Assembly (NCBI GenBank): GCA_050633245.1
Contig: JBOEGD010000025.1
Location: forward strand, 1 to 42,106
Source: Calditrichia bacterium
GTDB taxonomy: Bacteria > Calditrichota > Calditrichia > RBG-13-44-9 > J075
DNA: 42,106 nt
Direction of reading: 5' to 3'
The notes beneath the pieces are model-generated. The model was not told the origin of the DNA. It did not search any database and saw only the letters and a list, made by a program, of their open reading frames with translations. Below, one piece after another: positions 35,885 through 42,106 of this stretch; positions within the stretch are counted from its first letter, which is position 1, and each line of letters begins with the position of its first letter. The position numbers were made by a program, and so were the translations under genes.

Positions 35885-36205
35885 CTAGACTGCTGTTACT
35901 TCCTCATAGTCAATATATTCACACTCTGATATATTTACCACCTCTGACGAGTAAGAGCACATCATGTAAACTGCATCCGAAAAGCCGCAACACTTGCTGT
36001 ATTTACTCCCTACACTATAAGAATCTAATACTCCTTTAATTACAAAAGCGGTATTAAACTGCGGGTCGGTTTGGCGAAGCAATACAGCCCCAATAGAAAT
36101 ACGATCTACAAAATCAACACTACATACAAAACCCAATCTATCTTGATCTTGAAACATGTGCATTATTGGATGAGCATTTCCATATAAATATCCTTGCTTT
36201 TTCAT
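35885..36205 (-). CDS. Hypothetical protein
   Basis: 106 aa ORF in the early operon. Confidence 0.55.
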   Translation of the reverse strand: MKKQGYLYGNAHPIMHMFQDQDRLGFVCSVDFVDRISIGAVLLRQTDPQFNTAFVIKGVLDSYSVGSKYSKCCGFSDAVYMMCSYSSEVVNISECEYIDYEEVTAV

Positions 36206-36216
36206 TTCTTTCTTTT

Positions 36217-36573
36217 TTAATAGAGGTTTGGAAAATCTTTTCTTGCCGATTCAATAGTATCATACCTACAGCCTTCTTTATCGAAGAACCGTTGATGAGT
36301 TAGAGACACAGCGCCAGAGTTTCTCTTTTCCAACTCTCTCCCCTTCTTTACTCCAGCGCTGTATGCCTCACTCCTATCATGTTCCAGTTCTGTCAATGCT
36401 TGCCCGGCGATCTTCACAAAGTCTACCAAACTAGATAGCCGTTCATGTTGTATCGCCAAGTATTTTGTATTATGGTCGGGCTTGGCCTCGTATCGCTCTA
36501 TGCTCTCTTTCATGTGACCCAAAGCCCGCACCGCGTTCTCGTATTTTTCTTGAAATACTATTAAGCCGTACAT
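36217..36573 (-). CDS. Hypothetical protein
   Basis: 118 aa ORF in the early operon. Confidence 0.6.
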   Translation of the reverse strand: MYGLIVFQEKYENAVRALGHMKESIERYEAKPDHNTKYLAIQHERLSSLVDFVKIAGQALTELEHDRSEAYSAGVKKGRELEKRNSGAVSLTHQRFFDKEGCRYDTIESARKDFPNLY

Positions 36574-37799
36574 GCTGTAATTTCTTCTTGGATGTTATCA
36601 ATTATGCCGCTCCATTTATTGATATGCCGCTCGGCTGTTTCTTTTTTTCCTTTCCCATTGTTCAACTTACTAGACCATGCTCTCAAATTGGCTTGAGCGT
36701 TTTTAAGCGCCAGTGTGAGCCGATCTACTTTTAGTTGCTCAACATCGCCAACCACTTCAGTTTCATCGGTTGCAACTCGGTTGCAACCGGTAGCAACCCC
36801 TTGCAACCCTTTAGACCAAGGCATACTTATCTGCATCCCTGTGTCTTGGTAGCTACCTTTCGCCATCAATTCGGTATTTCCTACTTTACTTGAGTTTTGC
36901 GATCCTTCGCTACTTAGTTGCGCTTTTAGTAGATCATGTTCAGCTCTCAACTCGTTGTAAGCTCGTACAACTTCTTCAGCTACGGAAGGGGAACGGGGGG
37001 AGGTGTTCTTCGCCATGGCTTGCTCTGCAAGTTTGAATCTATGGAAATCGAATTTGCTCATAAAGGACATACAAACCTCAAAAACAATCTCCAACAAAAC
37101 GGCAAGTAGGAGGGAGCCGTACTTTCTAAAACTTGCTTTTTCATATACATACCCCGAATCCTCAGTAGTAATAATTTCCTCGCCTTCTATTTTAGAGATT
37201 TTGCTCTTAATTACTTGCCTTTCTTTTCCTAACTCCTTAAGTGTTTCTTGACTATTCCAATAAATTTCTCCTTTCTTGTTTTTATTGGTTTCATGGGTAT
37301 TAATGCTCTCTTCTACCTTGGCCAACTCGGCCCGTAAGGCGGCGGCACCTGGATCGTTGTCTTGAGCATAAAACCAAACACCATAACCAGTACCAGCGAG
37401 AGACAAGCCAAACAATAGCACAAAATTGACCAAGCCACTTTTGATATCTACATGCCCACATGAGTGGTAGGTATCCCAAAACATATCACTGAACTTTCGT
37501 TTGAGATATTCGAACGAGACGAGGATAACGACAGCCAATACATAATTGACGTAGGGGATAGGTATAAAGTCGAGCATTATGATAGTGGCATAACTCAAGC
37601 CAAGGCAGCTTGCAATATTAGCTACATAGCTAAAGAACTCAGCTTTGTTCCTCCAATGTGCGTTTCGGACAAACCAAGGTTGGTTGTTATTGAACCTAGA
37701 CTTGAGCTTTTCATAACGGCTAGCCAATGCTATATTATCCTCTTCTTGTTTTTTTTGCGCCAGTTCCTCATCGGATAGCGTCTTTCCAAAAAAATCCAT
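36561..37799 (-). CDS. Multi-pass membrane protein with coiled coils
   Basis: 412 aa; about four hydrophobic segments separated by coiled coil. Confidence 0.7.
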   Translation of the reverse strand: MDFFGKTLSDEELAQKKQEEDNIALASRYEKLKSRFNNNQPWFVRNAHWRNKAEFFSYVANIASCLGLSYATIIMLDFIPIPYVNYVLAVVILVSFEYLKRKFSDMFWDTYHSCGHVDIKSGLVNFVLLFGLSLAGTGYGVWFYAQDNDPGAAALRAELAKVEESINTHETNKNKKGEIYWNSQETLKELGKERQVIKSKISKIEGEEIITTEDSGYVYEKASFRKYGSLLLAVLLEIVFEVCMSFMSKFDFHRFKLAEQAMAKNTSPRSPSVAEEVVRAYNELRAEHDLLKAQLSSEGSQNSSKVGNTELMAKGSYQDTGMQISMPWSKGLQGVATGCNRVATDETEVVGDVEQLKVDRLTLALKNAQANLRAWSSKLNNGKGKKETAERHINKWSGIIDNIQEEITACTA

Positions 37800-37919
37800 A
37801 CCTTTGTATTTGAGATAATTAAAAAACTTTTGCTAATGCCTCTGCCTTACGGTAGGGGCTTTTTTTGTGGGTAAAAACCTGCCGGGCACCCGCCCGGCAG
37901 TGTAAGGGGGACAAAAGCT

Positions 37920-38204
37920 TTAGGCCACTAGTTGTATTGTGCCTACGGTGTACCCGTCTTTTTCGGTAGCAAGTACTTGCTCTAGTTCGTCAATAGTCAC
38001 TTGCTCAACACCGACCTTGTACTCCGTAATCAACTCAGAAACTTTCACGTTTCCTAGATCAAGAGCCAAAGCAAACACTTGATCCAATCTTAAATTGGTG
38101 TAAGCTCCAAAATGGATAGCCCATTTAGTGTAGATCTCTGGCGAATAACCAGATATCAAAGCGGCTATTTTTTCATTTTGAGACTTTAGTCTTTCTCTTT
38201 TCAT
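37920..38204 (-). CDS. Hypothetical protein
   Basis: 94 aa ORF. Confidence 0.55.
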   Translation of the reverse strand: MKRERLKSQNEKIAALISGYSPEIYTKWAIHFGAYTNLRLDQVFALALDLGNVKVSELITEYKVGVEQVTIDELEQVLATEKDGYTVGTIQLVA

Positions 38205-38400
38205 TGTCTTTTTCTGTTGTGTGAATAATATTTAACAGCCATTCGAGCTCACTAGCTCTACCTTTTATTTTCTCACTGAAAATAGCAAGAGCAGGATCTC
38301 CTGGCAAAAAGTTTTCGGTTTGATCGTTTGGTATTAGCTTTTTGTGCCTTTCAAGTCGATCCCTTATTCGGGATACTAAATAGGGGGGCATCATGTTCAT
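38173..38400 (-). CDS. Hypothetical protein
   Basis: 75 aa ORF. Confidence 0.55.
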   Translation of the reverse strand: MNMMPPYLVSRIRDRLERHKKLIPNDQTENFLPGDPALAIFSEKIKGRASELEWLLNIIHTTEKDNEKRKTKVSK

Positions 38401-38436
38401 AGCATCGAGGTTGGTTACTCTTGCTATTCGTGAAAA

Positions 38437-38622
38437 TCATTGTTTGACTACTTCGACATGATTCTCTTCTAAATCTTTTATTACTAATTCCTCGATATAA
38501 TCGGCAAAGCTGTTTTTCCTCTTCGTAGTAACTACCTCAATAGCCTTCTTTAAGGCTTTATTGATTCTTATACTCAAAGAACCGTCTCTAATCAATTTGC
38601 TCTCTACTGTTACTTTCTCCAT
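38437..38622 (-). CDS. Ribbon-helix-helix (Arc/CopG-like) regulator in the Cro position
   Basis: LSIRIN..LKKAIE......NSFADYIEELV pattern; divergent from the XRE repressor. Confidence 0.65.
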   Translation of the reverse strand: MEKVTVESKLIRDGSLSIRINKALKKAIEVVTTKRKNSFADYIEELVIKDLEENHVEVVKQ

Positions 38623-38654
38623 TTTAACAGTTCGTTAATTTTTAAATGCCTTGC

Positions 38655-38761
38655 GTGAAAATTGCACACTATATGTTTGTGATTATCACACTTAATTTAT
38701 ATTTGTGTTGCATTTTGCACTACAAACATAGGGTATGTTTTTGAAACTTGCAATTTTTTCA
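38655..38761. promoter_or_regulatory. Lysis/lysogeny switch region with face-to-face promoters
   Basis: Plus strand TTTG (38676) and TATATTTG (38698-38705); minus strand TATGTTTG (38723-38730). TGAAAATTGCA / TGCAATTTTTTCA form an imperfect inverted pair. Confidence 0.6.
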
Positions 38762-38795
38762 CTCTTTTAGATTAAAAAAAATACACTTTTTTAGA

Positions 38796-39206
38796 ATGAA
38801 CACATATATACATCTGAATATCAAGACCTTAAGAAATGGGGCTAATTTTAGCCAAACTAAGTTTGGTAAGCTCTTAAGTAAAGCGAAAGAAACAATTGCT
38901 AGTTATGAATCGGGCAGGGCAGAGCCAAACATCCAATCGCTTCTTATCCTAAGTGACTATTTCCAAATATCAATAGACGATTTAATTAGGGCCGACATTA
39001 GTAAATGGGAAGAGATACCCACGATAGGGGAGGGAGGCAAGATATTGATGATCTCGCCACCACAACCTAAGACAAAAGCTTTTTCAGCAGAAGCGGAGAG
39101 GGGGCTGCATGTGAGATTGATAGAGCAAATGGAAAGAAGGATTAAGGAATTAGAGCATATTATAAGGCAGAATTGCCCCCAGGTCGCCGATAAACTTGGT
39201 ATTTAA
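38796..39206 (+). CDS. XRE-family HTH repressor
   Basis: NIKTLR...SQTKFG....TIASYESGRAEP....L..LSDYF.ISIDDL. Likely start ATG 38796; no S24 peptidase domain visible. Confidence 0.88.
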   Translation: MNTYIHLNIKTLRNGANFSQTKFGKLLSKAKETIASYESGRAEPNIQSLLILSDYFQISIDDLIRADISKWEEIPTIGEGGKILMISPPQPKTKAFSAEAERGLHVRLIEQMERRIKELEHIIRQNCPQVADKLGI

Positions 39207-39277
39207 AACAAAAAAAGCAGGCAAAAACGGCTTTTAATACAAATTGTGGTTTAGAATATGGTACTAAAACGGTTGTT

Positions 39278-39435
39278 TTTGACAGTTAGAAAGGCTCATT
39301 TGACAGTTAGAGGGGTGTATTTGACAGTTAGAGGGGTGTATTTGACAGTTTATGACAATTTATATATATAGTATAATGTATTGATTATTAGTATATTATT
39401 ATTATAGTATCTACCTATTTTTATACAAACTGTCA
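39278..39435 (+). repeat. Iteron-like array A (origin-like)
   Basis: TTTGACAGTT at 39278, 39299, 39320 and 39341 (exact 21-bp period), a half copy at 39353, an AT-rich spacer, and an inverted AACTGTCA at 39428. Confidence 0.8.
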
Positions 39436-39486
39436 CGATTTCCCACTTTTCTACCTCTTTCCCTCCCCAAATTGTTTTAATAACAC

Positions 39487-39670
39487 AGAGACACGCCCTA
39501 GAGACTAGCGACAAAATGAAAGTTCATAATCAATTGTAAATCAAATAGAAGTAGGGTTGTTTGAGGTTCTCGCCGTCTCCACAGAATACTTTAAGCATTG
39601 AGAGACAGTACTTTATGTAAATAGTTGCTGTCTCTCTTTGTCTCTTACCTATTAAATAACCCTACTTCTA
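39487..39670 (+). other. attP with a tmRNA/tRNA-Ala-like 3'-end core
   Basis: Core TCTCGCCGTCTCCACA (39568-39583). 17-bp inverted repeat 39546-39562 / 39654-39670. AGAGACA-type arm repeats on both sides. Confidence 0.6.
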
Positions 39671-39683
39671 CTATAAATGTCTT

Positions 39684-40718
39684 ATGGTAGAAGAAAAAAA
39701 ATGTTTGCCTGAGATCAAGGCATACTTTCCAGATGATTTAAGTAAGCGTTGGTTCCTGTACTATTATAGAGATGGTGACAGAATGAGAGTTTACGGGGAG
39801 ATTAATCGATACCATACTATAGCGGAACGTAAGGAATCCATGCGGAAATTAAAGCGTAAGCTTAAGATTGAATTGGCTATCCCTGTAGTAACCATTAAGG
39901 ATAAGTGCTACCAATACGTAGAGGATAATCGGCCTGTATGGAGAAAGAAAACCTACCAGACTATTAAGAGTAAGCTTAACATGATGTTTGGTAGATGTTC
40001 TAAGGAGCTTGAAAAAATGGAAGTAGAAGCTTTTTTTAAGTGGTTGAAGCATAATAGGCATAGTACTACCTATAGTAATTACTTGAGTAAGATACGTACA
40101 GTACTTAAAGCAATAGGAGAGGAGCATAGAGTAGAAGATATTCCCCACCTAAAAGAACATAGGCGACCGGCTAGGTATTTTCAACCTCACCAGATAGCTA
40201 GACTCAAAAAATATATATCTGCTAAAGATCCTCAATTATGGTTGTTTGTCCAGTTTATATATTACTGCTTTATACGCCCTGGAGAGTTGAGGCATTTTAG
40301 AGCTTCAGATGTACTACTAAGTGAAGAAAGTTTGATAGTTAAGAGTTCCATCTCTAAGAATCACAAGACAGAGTATGTAGCTATACCTAAACCCTTTTTT
40401 CCTCACCTTAAATACGTAAACACACTTAAACCTAATGAGTACCTCTTTCCTTCTTATAAAGATCATAGTAAACCCATCGGATTAAACACCATGAGTACCC
40501 GGCATAGGAAGATATTAAGGGAGCTAGGTTTTGGGGTAGAATACAAGTTGTATAGCTGGAAACATACCGGTGCAGTGATGGCCGCTAAGAGTGGGGTAGG
40601 GGTAAAGGAATTACAACTACAGCTTAGGCATCATTCACTTGATCAAGTCAATGAGTATTTAAGACAGATGGGGGTAAGTGATCTTGATAATTTGAAAAAT
40701 AAATTCCCAAAATTGTGA
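39684..40718 (+). CDS. int: Tyrosine integrase
   Basis: IRPGEL (R), SKN (K), YSWKHTG (variant HxxR), RHHS and a downstream Y (VNEY). Confidence 0.9.
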   Translation: MVEEKKCLPEIKAYFPDDLSKRWFLYYYRDGDRMRVYGEINRYHTIAERKESMRKLKRKLKIELAIPVVTIKDKCYQYVEDNRPVWRKKTYQTIKSKLNMMFGRCSKELEKMEVEAFFKWLKHNRHSTTYSNYLSKIRTVLKAIGEEHRVEDIPHLKEHRRPARYFQPHQIARLKKYISAKDPQLWLFVQFIYYCFIRPGELRHFRASDVLLSEESLIVKSSISKNHKTEYVAIPKPFFPHLKYVNTLKPNEYLFPSYKDHSKPIGLNTMSTRHRKILRELGFGVEYKLYSWKHTGAVMAAKSGVGVKELQLQLRHHSLDQVNEYLRQMGVSDLDNLKNKFPKL

Positions 40719-40738
40719 CATTAAATTCATCTTACTGG

Positions 40739-40918
40739 AAGTGTCATAATCATATATATAAGAAGAGATTTGACACTTTGACACTTTTAATTATAAATAA
40801 CTGGTTGTTAGCTAGTTGTAGGTTTTGAAAGTGTCAAGTAGTGTCAAATACTGCTCCTAAGTGTCAAATGACCCCTCTAAGTGTCAAATGATTGATAGTT
40901 TTTGCCACAAAGTGTCAA
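40739..40918 (-). repeat. Iteron-like array B (origin-like), mirror image of array A
   Basis: AGTGTCA-core copies starting at 40739, 40829, 40839, 40859, 40879 and 40910; opposed TTTGACACT at 40769 and 40777. Confidence 0.75.
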
Positions 40919-40969
40919 GCTTTGGCGCGTAATAAATAAATTATAATTGCGTATTTGTGACATGGTTAA

Positions 40970-42025
40970 TTAGAATATCCCCACTGCTCCAATACTGCTA
41001 TCAGATTGAGTTACCCCTCCCGTCTCGGTAGGTTCTACATAGTAGCCTCCGGCTTTCCAGGTAGCGTAATCATCGGCATTATCATACAAGAATCGGATTA
41101 AATCGGCGCGGTAAATTCGGGAATTTTCTTCGGCCTTGTACTTGAGCGCCTGTATGGCGTCCATGTGGTTTTTGTTGTTCAAATTACGCTTACTGTCGTA
41201 CTGGTCGGTACTACTTACAATTTTGAAACCATCCCCTTCTATTAGTAGAGATAGATGCGGGATAGCTTCGACTAAAGCAAATTCGGCCACCATCTTGCGT
41301 ATCTTAGGTAATAGCGTGGTATTCTCGGCAGAGAGATTATTACCCTTCAATTCGTCGCGGATCTCATTAAAGTAATCCTCTCTTAGAATAGGGTAGAGGT
41401 ATTGCTCCTCAGCCTTAGTAATATACTTGGTGAGCGCTACAAAGGCACGGCGACTATTGTTGATGTTTAGGTACTCGTCTAGCTCGCTGGTGTGCCTAAA
41501 AAAGTTACTCACCTTGACATTATAGGCTGAGGAGTTCTTGAATAAGTCGAAATAGGCTACTGAATCCTCTATTTGTTGCTCCAGGTAGGCGAGGAGTTGG
41601 TCGAGTATGTTATCGGCTTCTAGCAATGCGGTCCACCGGGCGAGCTTGAAGCTCCATTGATTGGTGGGGCTGCTATGTTCTGGCGTGTTTTGCTGCACTC
41701 CGGTATCAGCTAGCACAATGTTTTGATGTGGCATGGCATGATAAACGCAATAATAGGCCGCGCAATCCTGCAAAAGTTCTAGTGCTTCGGTTTGCTCATT
41801 GGTAAGCGAGTCGCCATTTTGGAACTTACTAGCCAAATCGTCGTAAATCTCTGTGCCTATATATGGCAAGATGTACTTTTTGATTGATTGGCGCACGTAT
41901 GGCTTTACGGTTTTCCATGCCATATTAGTGTGAGCACTAGGGTAGTGGTCCTCAAAATTGGTATGTTTGAGCCTTTCATTGTCTGAGCCGCTCGGAGTCG
42001 TAGTTACCTTGAAAATCAAGTCCAT
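40970..42025 (-). CDS. Bacteroidota phage protein (DUF6712-like), probable head-tail connector
   Basis: 351 aa with two internally similar halves (YILPYIG..IYDDL / YLYPILR..YFNEI). Follows terL if the genome is circular. Confidence 0.55.
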   Translation of the reverse strand: MDLIFKVTTTPSGSDNERLKHTNFEDHYPSAHTNMAWKTVKPYVRQSIKKYILPYIGTEIYDDLASKFQNGDSLTNEQTEALELLQDCAAYYCVYHAMPHQNIVLADTGVQQNTPEHSSPTNQWSFKLARWTALLEADNILDQLLAYLEQQIEDSVAYFDLFKNSSAYNVKVSNFFRHTSELDEYLNINNSRRAFVALTKYITKAEEQYLYPILREDYFNEIRDELKGNNLSAENTTLLPKIRKMVAEFALVEAIPHLSLLIEGDGFKIVSSTDQYDSKRNLNNKNHMDAIQALKYKAEENSRIYRADLIRFLYDNADDYATWKAGGYYVEPTETGGVTQSDSSIGAVGIF

Positions 42026-42106
42026 ATATAAGTAAATTATTAGTATATAATATACTGTGTAATAATATTATGTTAAGTAGAAAAAAATAGCCCACGTGGA
42101 CCACAT

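Noticed and set aside
37838-37900. Hairpins upstream of the 412-aa gene as a novel RNA
   Set aside because: Two short GC-rich hairpins, one with a T-run, are adequately explained as terminator or stability elements.
39278-39360. CRISPR array
   Set aside because: The period is only 21 bp with near-identical spacers and there are no cas genes; it fits iterons.

Overview
This window looks like a near-complete ~42 kb temperate tailed phage (siphovirus-like) of a Bacteroidota host. The host call rests on TTTG-N18-21-TAnnTTTG promoters, A-rich ribosome-loading regions without Shine-Dalgarno sequences, and Bacteroidota-type gene families recognised from motifs; no database search was run. Most genes are on the minus strand. 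They encode a large terminase, portal, S49 head protease, scaffold, major capsid protein, two tail-tube-like paralogs, tail proteins, tape measure, holin, a DUF3987-type replication ATPase and a small serine recombinase. The main plus-strand genes are an XRE repressor and a tyrosine integrase, next to an apparently intact attP that resembles a tmRNA 3' end. The most striking unexplained structure is a ~7 kb array (about 26.4-33.4 kb) directly downstream of the serine recombinase. About 20 small ORF or non-coding units there are separated by one degenerate 16-bp site with an invariant dinucleotide, which looks like a serine-recombinase-driven, integron-like cassette array. The array also contains a ~310-nt structured non-coding unit, a SAM-II-like pseudoknot and an attC-like site. 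Other notable signals are two mirror-image iteron arrays bracketing attP and the integrase, two c4-like antisense RNA modules, a repeated GTCCTT late-promoter motif, signal-peptide-bearing glycan-active proteins in the structural region, and no recognisable endolysin or primase.
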